From: Callorhinchus milii
Lineage: Eukaryota
Assembly (NCBI RefSeq): GCF_018977255.1
Contig: NW_024704742.1
Coordinates: forward strand, 98,706,001-98,770,000
Length of the DNA: 64,000 bases
Direction: 5' to 3'
Part shown: in pieces, positions 1 through 13,500 of the stretch
Layout of the letters: each line of letters begins with the position of its first letter
Position numbering within the stretch: the first letter of the stretch is position 1
Program-made: the position numbers and the translations under genes
Notes under the pieces: generated by a model
The model's database searches: none
Seen by the model: only the letters and a program-made list of their open reading frames with translations
Told to the model about the DNA's origin: nothing

Positions 1-74
1 ATTGATCACAATAAACATGAAATTAGGAAATGTCAATTTTAACAAAATGATAAAATAATGTTTCCAATTCTGGA

Positions 75-595
75 TTCCTAAGAGTATGAAAGCTTAGTTT
101 GACCACATTTGGAGTACTGTGTCCTATCCTAGTCACCAAACTAGAAGGATATAGCAGTGATGGAAGTGAGTGTAGATTTACTAGGAGGTTACCGAGGCTG
201 GCAAGTTAGTGTTATCAGGGTTGACTGTATAGATTAGGCCTTATTTTGTTAGAAAAGAGACTTTTAAGAGGGGTTTAATAAAAGCATTTAAAATTCTAAA
301 TAGGTTGTTCTCACTTGTTGGGAAGTCTGTAAACAAGGGACACAAGTATAAGTTCGCAATTAGGGAAACTAAAAGAATATTTAGGAGGAACTACTTCACG
401 CACAGGATGAGATCATGGAACTCACTGCCAAAAATGTAGATGCATTTAAGAGGAAGCTAGACATATGGTGGTGAAGGAAATATAATGGTTTGGGAGGGAG
501 TAAGGAATTGGTGGAGACTCATATGGAGTATAAACATCTGATGCACTGGTTGAGCTGGAAGGCCTGTTTCCATGTTGTATAATCTATGTACATCT
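75..595 (+). mobile_element. CR1 LINE 3' fragment, degenerate
   Basis: Decayed LVxPHLEYCV, LEKRxLRG and TRGH-like RT C-terminal motifs plus a CR1-type 3' UTR. Confidence 0.8.
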
Positions 596-1719
596 GTTAA
601 AATACAAAGTGACAAGTCGTGATTCACTTTTTGCCATCTTTCATAAGAATGGTTTTGCATGGATATGTAATCTTTCTAAACTGCTTGAGAAATACATTTC
701 AGGACAAATTATCTATGTAGGAAACCTGAGTCACCAATCTACTAACTACACAGTCACTACACATTAAAGTAAATCTTGTGAAGTGCCTTGAGAAGTCCTC
801 TGGACATGAAAGACACAAGATTAAATCAAATAATTAATTAGTGAATAAATCATTCAAATGGGTATTATTATTTTAAAAAAAGTTGTCCAGGACATTGAAC
901 TGATCTGAATCTCACAATCTATTCTGCATTGAATTATCAACCAAATGTCCAAAATGCATTTTTAATCGAAGTTCATGTTGCCAAGATTGAGCTCTATTTC
1001 ATACCAACAACTCAAATTCATCTAATGTGGCCTTTTCATTTTTTCATCAGTCATCATTTGATCTCTGATGCACTAAATTCTAACTTGCAGTGAACGGAGA
1101 AGTGATAATCAGCTTTTTGGAGGAATGGTTGCAAGATCAGTTCAAGAAATGGCGCTCAATATCTCATTTCAAAATACAAATGCAAGGATCATAACAATAA
1201 CTCTTGCATTTGATATAGTGCCTAATCACATCAAAGCACAGTATCTCACAACACTTTGCAGAATTTTACTGTAAATGCAGTGACTGTATTTGGATACAGC
1301 AAGCTTCGTGCATTTATGATACAAGAATAACATAAATGATTTTGAATAGCTTTACTCTAATACTGTATTAAGGCTTTTCTTTAGCATCATACTGCAGAAG
1401 CTGAGAACATGTAAAACCGGTATAAACCTACTGCCTTAAAAAAAAGTTTAATGATTAGAATGTGCCTACAAATACACAGGGACTATTCTTCACAGTGAAA
1501 TCCTGTGACGTGACATCGACAATGTGGTAATGTTTTCTATCAAATGCAGTGATAATTATAATTAATTATAATTAATTATAATTATCACTGCAGTCCTCTG
1601 TCTCACTGCCAGAAATGTTGTACTTGAACATAAAGGACCCTTGCTTAGGATATTTTCTTCAATTATTATTTATCCTATTTTATTTAATTATTATTATATT
1701 AGCTATATTCAAATTAAAT

Positions 1720-2112
1720 CTGGGGGCTGGGAGTCATCCCACTCAGCTCCTGTTAACCATGCAAGCCAAAGCACTAACAAGTAGGATGGTCCTAGCTGGA
1801 CAAGCAGTGGGAAAGCTTGCCGGACAGCAATACCAAAAGCAACCTATGCGGTTTTAGCTGGTTAGACTCCAGCAGTACCCCAACACACATTTTGGGGTCC
1901 CCAAAACTTGGCTCTTGCCAACCTGCACCTAATACTTTCCGGAATTAGGTAAGCAGGATGCATCCCTACAGGGAGAGAGTGCACATTCCATTCCAAGAAT
2001 CTATCTGAGATTTCCATGTGTAGGTGGGATGTATGGAAATCTCAACTTGGTTTGGTGACTCTCAAGCATGGTGATGGGTTACCATGTGTCAGACGTCCAG
2101 CTGACCAAAAAA
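1720..2112 (+). repeat. Unclassified interspersed repeat, copy 1
   Basis: Similar to 38160-38546, to 41570-42230 and to the reverse complement of 25113-25440; ends in CAGCTGACCAAAA. Confidence 0.75.
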
Positions 2113-4217
2113 CATTAAATCTTATCCTCTAGATAATTAATTGCCTGTTCTAAGATTTGTCCACTTGTTATTAACTTTTATTTGCCTAACATTTGCAAGT
2201 TTACACTGCTGGAAATGTTTCAGTGTTTTCTTAGATGTTCTTTCTGAAGAACTTTGCAAGTAATTTCTGTACATCAAGTTCTGTGAAGATCTTTCGAACC
2301 CTGGTGGAGCCTAAAGACTGCAGGAAGTTAGGCTGAGAATGTAAAATCTTGATAAGGATTTATAACAAAGGATCACGCCCCAGATGAGTGTCATACCCAT
2401 GGCAGTAAGTCTTAGTCACTACACATTGTAAAGTACCTCTGTCAACAAGAGAAATATTAAATGGATGCTGATGTAAGTGTTTGGCAAACATGGAATTTGT
2501 ATTATGTTTGTATTAGATTTAAACTTCTATTTGTATTTATGTATGTTTGTAGCGTATTTGCAATTTTTGTTACAAACTAAGAAGGAGCCCTAAAGGCTGA
2601 AGTGAGACAGGCTGAGAACACAAGATCTTGATATAATGCACAGCGAGATGATCTCACACCAGAATACAGTAGATGCCAGAGATTCACACATTAATCATCT
2701 GTGAGTCACAGAAGGGGGAAAAAATTGTTAGATACAAGGCTCCCAGAAAGACTTTCTTTTTCTTTCTTTCTGCAGCACAACTACTTTAGCAACTCAAAAT
2801 AAGCGTATTACTGAACAATTTATTACAATACAGTGCAGAGTTAGTCAGGAAGAGAATGAGAGATGGAGTGAATTATGAGGCTGAAAGAGCCTTCTGTGTT
2901 TATTCGCCAAATACCTGACTAACTCAAATTGGGGTAAAACAGTATCCTGTAAATAAGCCCAGAAAGGCAGTTTTCTGTGCTCACAAACTGCCTGTGAGGG
3001 CTTGCTAAAATGTTCAGCCGCACCATATAATCAAGAAAAAATGTGATCACCCCTCATACAATGAAATAAAGCCATCAGAACCACACATGCCACAATCCTA
3101 CATAAAAATCATAAGTGTCTAGTTCTAACACCATGAACTCTGGGGTTACATTGTTCATATGCTTTATGTGTAATAGGAGAGCAAACCAAACTTTAATCAG
3201 AAAAGAACCAATTTTTGCAATAAAAATTGTGCCACCAATCATATCTCTCCACACAGGATCTGTTTGACCTCCAGGTAACATTTCACAGGCAGACTGGACT
3301 GTGCTCAGAAAGTGAAGGGCGTTTCCCAGGTGAAGATTATCTCAAGTATCCACCCATCAGAAAAAAAACATAATGATTAGATTTGCGCTCCTACGTGAAA
3401 GGTGTCGGGTATACTGGTTGTTGCAAGTCGTTGTAAATGTTAAAATTAAGAAGTTCCTGTGGACTCTGAGAAATTTAAGACTCGTTAAAATACAAATTGA
3501 AATCGAAAGCTAATTCCATCAAAAAGTTTTTTTTTGTAACTCCATGTTAATACAATTGAATTTACTTTTATGCAACTTTTTTGAGGATGCCTCAAAAGAG
3601 CTGAGTACCCTGTTCTGGATCTTTTTATGGTGGGCAGTAATTTTTGAAGCGGGATAAATGGGGTTTTGAGAATAATCAATATAAAATTCTTCCATGCAAC
3701 CAAATAGTTAACAGAAAAATGCAGCTGATAACTTGCAAAAAAAATGGATTTAATATGAGCCAAAATAACAATTCATTCTGTTTTTTTGTCACACAGAAAT
3801 AGTTTTTGGAACAAACAGGTGTGACTGCTCCTCCTTAAACCCTTGTGCTTTAACTGCCTTTCAGAGATTTAACCCCAAACAACTAATTATCTCAGACATT
3901 TATGCTGAGAGTGAATCAGCTGTGAATAAGTCAAATCAAAAAGCAGTAAAATTCCCAGAATTACAAATAAAATAACCTATTTTTAAAATTCTAGAAGTTA
4001 AAAAAACGCTTTTTTTTAAACTAAAGATTAATTTAGAAACTTACCCTGAAACTAAAACCGTCACAAGACAACAATAGTCTACACATTTCCACCTATTCCA
4101 GATACATCATTAAATAAAAGTTGCACTTTCATAGACAGAAGTGAAGTAACGCAGTATTTTACAAAGTAATTTTAAAAAGTACATTATGAACAAACTGCAG
4201 TTATTAACATAACTTAC

Positions 4218-4330
4218 CAGCTTCTTGTGTAACAACTTAGAATTAGAGGAACTGTGCTTGAGCTTTGGTAAAATAAATACCAGCTGGTAACTAGCTGTTT
4301 ATATAGCCTGCCACACCCAGTGAAGTCATT
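4218..4330 (-). promoter_or_regulatory. TATA promoter plus short non-coding first exon of a gene running off the window start (plausibly annexin A1)
   Basis: TATATAAA at 4305-4298, CACCC box at 4311-4318 and TGAAGTCA at 4321. An exon of about 55 nt ends at a consensus donor CTG|GTAAGT (4218/4217). Identity is inferred only from known CYP1D1-ANXA1 synteny and from ANXA1 having a TATA box and short non-coding exon 1. Confidence 0.5.
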
Positions 4331-4577
4331 CATGGTTTGCCTTCAAATTTATAATCTGCTCAGATATTTGCTCAACAATATTTGGAGCCAGACAAAAGTG
4401 TTAAACTGGTAAAATCTGACACAGAAGCAACCGAAAGATTACACTTCTTCCTCACCACTCACACCTCTGCCAACACTTACGTTTCACAGCACTGACAGAA
4501 TTTCATTGAAGAAAGGGGGTTTGCAAATCAGTTTAGAGTCACCATGCAACACGTTGGAAACAAAAATCAAATGGAAA

Positions 4578-7500
4578 ATGAATCACTGCAGTCTCACTGC
4601 CAGATACGTGGCAGTTGAACCTAAAGCAGCTTTTTTTTTCAGCTGGAAAGGATTATGCTGCTCTTGTGTGCCTAAAGTTTGTAAGTCTACACTGCAAGGA
4701 TTTGATTTGAAAATAACCAAGTGGGTTGATTTCACGAGCATTGTCCCCTTGTCCTTAGAAAAAAATAGCTTCTGGTTTCTGTTTATATTTCCTCTCATTT
4801 TTCAAGGACATTGACTAATGTGAGGATACAGTTGCCTAGAACTTGATCACTTTTGTTTTTTAGGCAACAGGCTGCAGACCTGGTTGGGGCAGCAGTGGGT
4901 GAGTGAGAGCAGCCTTTGTAGATTGTCTCCAAAATACAGTACTGTAGGCTTTTGGGAGACATTTACCCTTCTTAACATCAGTTCAGTGCTTGTCCCTCTC
5001 TTGCAGGGGGTACCTAGGAATTTAGACTACTTACAATGCACTGAGTAACTATAGATAAGAAATAATTATGAACATTAAAACCTATTTTTAGATAGTCATG
5101 AATTAGTTCTTTAAGAGAAAAGGAAAATGCTGTTATCAGACACTAAGAAGTATTTTTTTACACAGAAGGTAACCAGCAGGTGGAATGAGTTACCCGAAAA
5201 AGTGGTAGAGCCAGGACATTGGATTCAGAATCGTAGACTTGTTTAAGAAACCACTTGATTCTGTAACCAGAAAACATTAGGACAGAAATATGGGCTAAAG
5301 AGATGCCATATTTCAGCCATTCTGCTCCCACTGTCTGGAACTCCATCCTGGAGTTCCTTCACTCTGCATTCCCTCCTTCATAACCCTTCTTAAGGTCTAT
5401 GTATCTTAACAATGCTTTTATCACGTTCCCCCTCCTCAGCTCACAATCAGCCATGCATAGCTCTTTGAGAGGTCTTCCTTGATGTAAATTTTAATTGTAT
5501 ATTGGTGATCTTTTAGGTATAAAGTTCTATTTTTGGGGGACTTTGATCATATCAGCCTGGTCCAATTGATAACATTCTGTCTCTGAGTCAGAAGGTTGTG
5601 GATTCAAGCCCCACATCAGGACTTTGAACTCATGTTATCTCGGTTGATATTGCAATCAACTGCTGAGAGTTCGCTGAATTGTTGGAGGTGCTGATGTACC
5701 AGTGTCCTGGGTTGAGGAAGCACTGCATTGTTGGAGGTGCTATGCATTGGATGAGACATTGAATCCAGGTCCCACCTGCTTGGTACATGGATGTTAAAAA
5801 TGCCATGGGACTATTCGGAAAGAGAAGGAAGTTTCTCCCGATGTTCAGGTCAACAATCCCCCAGAATTGAATGACCAAAAATTGATCATTCACAACATGG
5901 CTATTTTTGAGACATTGCTGTGCATAAATTTGTTTCTCACCCTTGTAGGATATAAACATTGAAAAACAAATAATGTTAATAGGAATGATTGGTGTCAGCA
6001 TGGTTCAGTTGGAGGCACTCACCCCTCTGGGTCAAACGATTGTGGATTTGAGCTCCATATTTGGTCTTGGAACTCATTGTCCAGGTTGATGCCCCAGTGT
6101 AGTGCTGGAGAAGTGCTGCATTGTCAGAGATGCTGTCCTTCAGATGAGACACTAAACCAAGGTCCCGTCTACCTGTTCAGGGGGATGTTAAAATGCCATG
6201 ACAAAACTTGAAAACAGAAACAGTTTCAACCAGTGTTCAAGCCATCAATCCCTCAGAATAAATCAATCAGTCACTTTGTGGTTGTTTGTAGGACATTCTG
6301 TCTCAGAAAGCTTCACAGAATGAAACACAAATAGGCAGCCAAATTTGCCTACAGAATACAGTCACTACACTTTACAGTAACTTCTGTGAAGTGGTTTGAG
6401 ATATCCTCCTGATGTGAAATGTGCTATTTCAAATGCTATTATTATTATTATTAAAAGAGTAAGCATATTAAGAATTATTCTTTGAGTTAGTTATTTGATT
6501 CAATGGATTCAACTTATGGCAACAGGCAATGAAATTCAAAGCTCCCCTGCCTTTAAGTGTTTTAAATAAAAAACACTGTTACGTTGCAAAATACAATAAT
6601 GATATGTTGGGAGGGTGAGAATGCCACAGTTGCCTCGCCCAAGTGATCTCTCCCACATTTCCTGTTACAAATCCTTTGAAAATTGTGCAACATTGGTTGA
6701 TTGTTATCAATGAGACAGGCAGTAACATTTCTATTTTCTCTTAGATTGCTGTTTCCAAGCATGAAGTGCTGGTTGTACACCCGGAGCAGGCTGTTTTGGG
6801 GAGGATACACATCCACCCTACCCAGCCCTTGATACACCCTTTAGTATTAAAATCTTAATTCCTTAATGGATATTAGTACATTAACAAGCACATGCTCTTG
6901 TCTTTGCTTCTGCTTGTGCACTTTTTTCAAGAGGTCCGCTCTTTCATTGCTACTCAAGAATATACAAGAATTTTTTTTAACAGAAATGTTCTCATGGGCC
7001 CCTAAGATGAATCGAATGAGGGAAATATGAAACTGGATGTCTGAATATTAGGGGCAAATATGGGGTATGTGATGTGATAAAATCATTTACACTTGCAAGT
7101 AACTGCCCAAAATCAGCGTAAATAATGATAATCCTTGCATTTGATATAATGCCTTATCAAGTCTTCGAGACATCTCAAAGCACTTCACAGAATATACTAT
7201 AAAGTGAATTAACTGTATATTTGTGGGCAAAACGCAGCAGCCAATTGCGCACAGCAGTGTCCCACAAACAGTCGTGGATTGAGTGATCAAATTATTATTA
7301 TTATTTTAATTTTGAAGGGATTATTACCCGCAGAAAAGCGATCCGCCAATCAACTAACAAATGGGTTCTTATTTACTGTTAACTAAACAAAAGCGTATGG
7401 AGTAAGGAAACTTGCTTAACGTTTTGTGCTACCTGGGAATCACGCCCAGGTCCTCTCACTAGCGAGGCAAATGCTCTAAACACTAAGTTACAGGACTCCA

Positions 7501-10500
7501 TTATCCAGTATTATTCTTCTATTTATTTATACTGCGCTGAATTTGCAGGAATTCTGTGGAAAATGTAAACATTGTATAGTGTTTGTAGACATACATTAGG
7601 CCATGTTTGACTATGAAACACACAGTCACTGCACTTTGCAGTAAATCCCGTGAAGCGCTTTGACATGTCCTCTGACGTGTAAGGCACTATATCAAATACA
7701 AGAATTATTATTATATTTATTATAACTACCATAATCTTCTGCATAAGGATACAGCTGAAGTGACAGCCATATAATAGTTAACATAAAATATTTTAACCCC
7801 GTCATGAAGTGATAGACAATGGATTTTGTTGTGCTAAATCTTGTTTATTTATCAAAGTCAAGAATTAAATTGCAGGATAAAATTGCATTAGGAAGCACTT
7901 ATGGGAGAATTAGAAATATTGGGCAATGTAATCCCTATGATGTGTGGATCAAAGAGAGAATGTTAACATTCCGGAAAAGATTTGTGCTGTCATTTGTTTT
8001 ACCAATTTGGTAACATCAATGGCCTGAACCTTTTTGTCAATCCAGGGTGGGGTTGAGCTATAAATCAGGCTCAGATATCCAAGGTGCTTCCAACACCACC
8101 AATTTGCGTAGACCATCATCTGGGATGGGCCAGTGTGAATCATGCTGGAACTCTGCTTCTGACACCAACTACACAAGGTGGCTTCACGAGCAATGAAATG
8201 CAAACCTATTGTAGAAGAAATCAAGCTTTCACTCTACTATACTGCTGGGAAATAAAGTGCCTTCATTTGCAGCAGTATAAACACGTAACGAGTTATTTAC
8301 ATTGTGAGAGAAGTGTGGTAATTGGAGATTGACAACGCAGTGAGCTCAGAGATGGTATCCTTCAGGTGGGACACTAAACCTAGGTCTGCTTGACTGTTCA
8401 AGTGCGCATTAAAGACCCCTTGATACTATTTGAAAAAATAAAGTTTCTCCCAGTTCCCTCACCAACAATTTTCCAGATAAATTGGTCGAGACCTTGCTGG
8501 TGTAAATGATTTGTCTACCAAAACAATCACTTCACACAGTAATTCAATCAATTATTTGGCATAGATTAACATTTTAACTTGACCAGATGTTCTTCGAATG
8601 CAGGCACATTTTTTGATAACATTGAATAAGGTCTGTTGAAAATAATGTTGGGAGAATTCTCTGTGATTTGGCTACTTTAAAAGCTCCTGCAATCTGCTCA
8701 CCTGAGCACTGAAGTGACTGATGTTGCTCCTGGTGCATGGACTGAGCAATACGCTCTTGCTTCCCATTTCCTTATCTTATTGAATTTATATTCCCACAAA
8801 TAGTGGATAGTTTGTTAGTCATCCAAACTTTATTTGTGTGTCCTTACTGTGTTTGCCTGCAAGAACAGTCACTACAGTTGACTATAATAATAACCAATGC
8901 ATTTGATATACTGCCTTTCATGTCAGGAGGATACAACACCACCAACAATTTGCATTTATATAGTCCCCTTCACACATGGTAGCATCGCGGAGCACTTAAC
9001 AGCTGATTCTGAGCCAGGGAATGGGGGAGATGACTGTAGCTCAGTCGAAGAAGAATGCCTTCAGGTGTGATCTGAAAAAGGACAAGGTGGAGAGATTAAG
9101 ACAGAGAGTTCCATAGTTTCAAGGGGTAGTGGCTGAAAGCATAGCTGCCAATGGTGGAGCAGAGGAGATGAGAGATATGCAGGAGGCCAAGCCAGCCACG
9201 CAAAGGGAATGGGTAGAAGAGTAGGGTGTAAGCAGATTGGAGAAGCAGGGAGGTGCCAGGGTAGGAATTGATTTGAGTGTGAGGAATGTGCGATCGATAC
9301 GTTCAATATGTTCTGAAATAGGAGTCAGTGGACCTTGGCAAGTATTGGGGTGATTGGGGTACAGAGTTTAGCATTGGCAGATTACAGGCAGCAGAGTTTT
9401 AAAATAATTGGATTTTATGAATGGTGGAGCTTGAGGCACAAGCGAGAAGTGCACCTTGGGATCTTTAGCATCCACCTGAATAGGTAGACGAGGTCTTGGT
9501 TTAATGTCTCATCCAAAGTACAGCACCTCTGACAATGAGTTCTCAATTGGGCCTTGGACAGAATCTTGGGTTTGCTGCAAGTGGCTCAGTGGGGGCGGGA
9601 GAAAAAAACATTTGCAGAGACATAGTAAAACCAGTGGGTCAAATCGGATTCAAACCTGGAGAGTGTGGTCCACTGTGTAAATGGAGGAGAGGCAGTGGAG
9701 GTGGATGGCATGATCAACTATGTTGAAAGCAACAAAGAAGTCAAGGAGTCCTGGTCACAGAGATAGAGGACATCGTTTGTGACTTTGATGAACACTGCTG
9801 TGGACATGGCGAAAACCAGACTTGAGGGGCTCAAGTCAGCACCGGAGAGAAGGAGGGAGAAGTTATGCATTAGAAATGAAGGGCGAGTCTGAAGTGGGCC
9901 AGTGTTTGCAAAGTTAAAAGGATCAGGAACATGCAAAATAATGTTGATATAGTTAATCTTATAATATGCAATTTATGCATAAGGTAAGTAAACTTTTTTT
10001 TATTATGAATGTTTTATAGTCAGATTCCCTATCTCTTTATATGTTGAAATAGAAGCTCGGTTCGTGAACTCTTATTACATCTCCTGGGGAATTAATATTA
10101 CATGATACAAACAAAGAGTCTGGAGCTCACTGCTGCATTTTAACTGCAGCATGGATTAAGGATTGTTTCAGAGCTCCTGAGAACCTTCAGTTGATGTTTC
10201 CTTTAAGATGTTGCTCATCCTCTGAAAAAACAACCAGTGTAAGTATAACATATAAAGCTAGTGATAGTATGGATTTACTCTGAGGTAAATTTGATCACAG
10301 AACTCAAGAAAGGTTTGGGTGAAAAAGGTCCTTGGACCCATTTGTTCTTGTACTTCCAGGATACCAACTCTATGGTCTTCCCCTTACAGCTCTGCGCTGT
10401 TTTAGCCAGGGCAGACCAACAAATCCTTTGTCATAATGTAGTTTGCTGCCTAATATTCAAAACACTGTGCCCTGTATACTTTTGTAAATATGTTGGTTCC

Positions 10501-13500
10501 CAAAAATCACATAGGTCCAAGTACTTTTGCAGCATTCCTTCCGATGAGATTGTTGAAGAAATAGACATTTTTTCGGGATTTTTTAAAAAAAAATCCTTAC
10601 CTTTGATATGGTGCCTTGTCACATCGTCAAAATGCCTCAAAGCACTCCATGGGATTTTATTGTAAAATGTCCTGACTGTGTAATTGTTGGCGAACACAGC
10701 AGTCAATTTGCACTAAGCAATGTCCCATAAACAGCAATGAAGTGAGTGACCATTTATTTGGGGTAGTTGGCCCGGACACCGGGAGAAACACCATTCTCTT
10801 TTTAAATAGTGTGATGGCATCTTTAACATCCACTTGAACAGGCAGAAGGGAATTTGTTGGGGTTTCATTAATGAAATATTTTCTCAAAAATATTAATTTG
10901 TATCAATAAATTATTAATACTGTATTGATATTTTATTTAATATTAATACATTACTATTGTATTACTTTATTTTCACAAGTGGTAATGACAAAGATATGTA
11001 AAGTGAATATAATAATACTATTTGAAAAAAGGAGGAATCAAAGCCTTTTTCACCCAAACTTTTCTTGTGTTTTGTGATCAAGCACCTCAGAGTAAATCAA
11101 CTTTGGAATCCAATCATCTTTGGATAAGACACTAACCTGAGGTCTCACCTGCCATGACACAAACTAATGAGCCATTTTCTTTCTCTATTTTAGCAGCAGC
11201 TCAATGGTGGTGACAGCAATAGCTCTACAGGAAGGAATTAAAACATGGAAAAGATTGCAACCAACAGTGACAGTAAGGCTAACATTACACTTGCTGTTCA
11301 GCATCAATTGAACTAACTTCATTTCTCCTAGTGATCAAATTGCTAGTGAAGAATTGCATCTCTACAGAATACTCACTAAAGCTCTTGTGCTGCGCTTATA
11401 ACAATATTATCAAAATGGGCTGACCTTTGTACAGCGCCTTTCACGTCGGGAGGATGTGAAAATGGAAATTTGATGGCAAATAGCTATGGGTTTGGCAGGA
11501 ATTCTTCACTATATGTAATGAACAAACAGAGGTTAACCATTCTGAATAAGAGCGGAGTCTTACTTCTCGCGCTACCCAGAGGAGGTGGCTTTAAGCTTAG
11601 TGGCATTCATACAGTTGAATAAAGAAGGTGAGTGTGAATTGCACTGAGCTCACTCCCTTACAGTTTCTCTTAGCAGTTCAAACATTGTAAGGAGGTCTGA
11701 CAGCTGAATGAAAATCCAATGTGTGAATTATGTAAATGAGTTAATTTTTAGCCTCATTGTTCTATCATATTTTTAAACATAGAATAATAGTTTGTACAAA
11801 TTGCTATTTGTTGCCACAGAAATATCTGAATTAATCTGAGTTATTATTTGTCTCGTAAATGGTGAAATTCAATGGAGATTTGACTTCTTTGCTAAACATC
11901 ATTCCTATCACAGTCCTGGATGCAATTCCATTCAAACCATAACAGTATAAGACACTTGGCTATTTTATTGAATCAAATTATAATACAGAACACAAAAACA
12001 GAAGTCGCTGGGAACACTCAGCAGGTCAGGCAGCATCTATGGAGAAAGGAAAGTGCATCAACAATTCAGGTCCACGACCCTTCATCAGAACTGGTCGTGG
12101 ACCCGAAAAGTTGTCTTACTTTCCTTTCTTTCAACAGAAGCAACATTATTTATGTCAATACAATTTATATAAACAGTATATTCAATTAAAGGAAAAATGA
12201 AATGGGGAAACAGTATAAATAATCCAGTCAATCAAATCTGCAATATTCAACAGACCTTGTGCAATTTTAACAAAAAAACGTGTACGTTTATAGAATCTTA
12301 GAACATGTTATCACATCAAAATGTTTCACAGATGATTACTATCAAGTGAAGTGACTTTCTGTAGGCAAGCACTGCAGTCAATTTGCACTAGGAAAGTCCT
12401 ACAAACAATTATAAGACAAATTATCAATTTATCTGGAAGATTACTGGCCAAGCACTAGAGAAAAAAATCCTTCTCTTTCTGAATAGTGTTATGGTATATT
12501 TAATGGTTACTTGAACAGATAAGTGGAACTTCATTTTAGAGTCTCATCCAAAGACAACATCTCCAACAATACAGGACACTCCCGGTACTTAATTGGAGGG
12601 GCAGTTTAGATGCCAACTGTGGGACTTGAACACACACCTTTCTGATCCAGATGGGGAAGTGCTATCAATTGTACAAAACTAGTTTTCAATGCTGTCACTA
12701 ACATACCCGAGAGGTACATAGGTACAGATAATTATTCTACAAGATAGAAATCTGAAACTACCTGAGCCTAAAACTTGCTCAAGAGAAATTCCATTTTGAG
12801 CTTCAGGTTGAGCCTAATAAAAATCTGCAAGAGCTACCCAACATTCAGGCTTGTCTAGTTGCATTCCACAGACTATATTTTCATTGCAGTTGCAATAATT
12901 CCAAAGCGTTTTCCAGAACAGTTTGTTATCAATGTGTTGTTTAAACTCATTAGTCTCCGATTGTATTCGTAATCTCGTGATTTTGTTTGAGTAGGTAAAA
13001 TGACAAAGTGGTGTTTGTCAATTCACATATCTGCTGGTTTAAGACAAAACATTTCTTTCATACTCTGGTTTCACTTGAGTGGGAGTTATTGCTGTTGTCA
13101 GTCAGGCAGCCAGCCAATTTGATTATTATGCATCAACAGCCAATACTCAAAACAAGAGAAATCTCAGACACACCTCGCACTTTGATCATTCTCAAACTTG
13201 TAATTCTTCAATTTTCCCCAAACCAACCCATCCCCAAAAGGATAGTGATGTTTAGAAAGAAAGAGATATTCAGAAAGAAAACATTTTAGAAATAAAAAGT
13301 TGGAAATGGAGACATTTAGAAAGGTTGCAAGAATTGCAGAAACCATGGTGGGAAGGCAGAGGTGAATTTAATGCCAAGCAAAACAGCTTTGGAATCCAAA
13401 CAAACTTTATAATAATGTCTGAGCCAGTTTTACCTGAGAACATTTTTGCATTTGAGCCACCCTTTCACTGCAATTGCTAACATTGAATTTAATTGTGATA

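Larger units (their letters stand above)
4578..13255 (+). pseudogene. Putative degenerate 5' coding exons of the kinesin gene: 4578-4680, 4864-4898, 6745-6843, 7876-8177, 10020-10238, 10360-~10514, 11194-11272, 13106-13361
   Basis: AG/GT-bounded, phase-compatible segments read [53 protein letters not shown]..[84 protein letters not shown]... Apparent lesions are a frameshift at ~7966, TGA at 8054, a frameshift at ~10077 and TAG at 13253. No homolog search was possible. Confidence 0.5.

Noticed and set aside
11473..11633. Short ORF and strong donor AAG|GTGAGT at 11627 (similar donor at 9983)
   Set aside because: No in-frame open exon or clear acceptor; at most a non-coding alternative exon.
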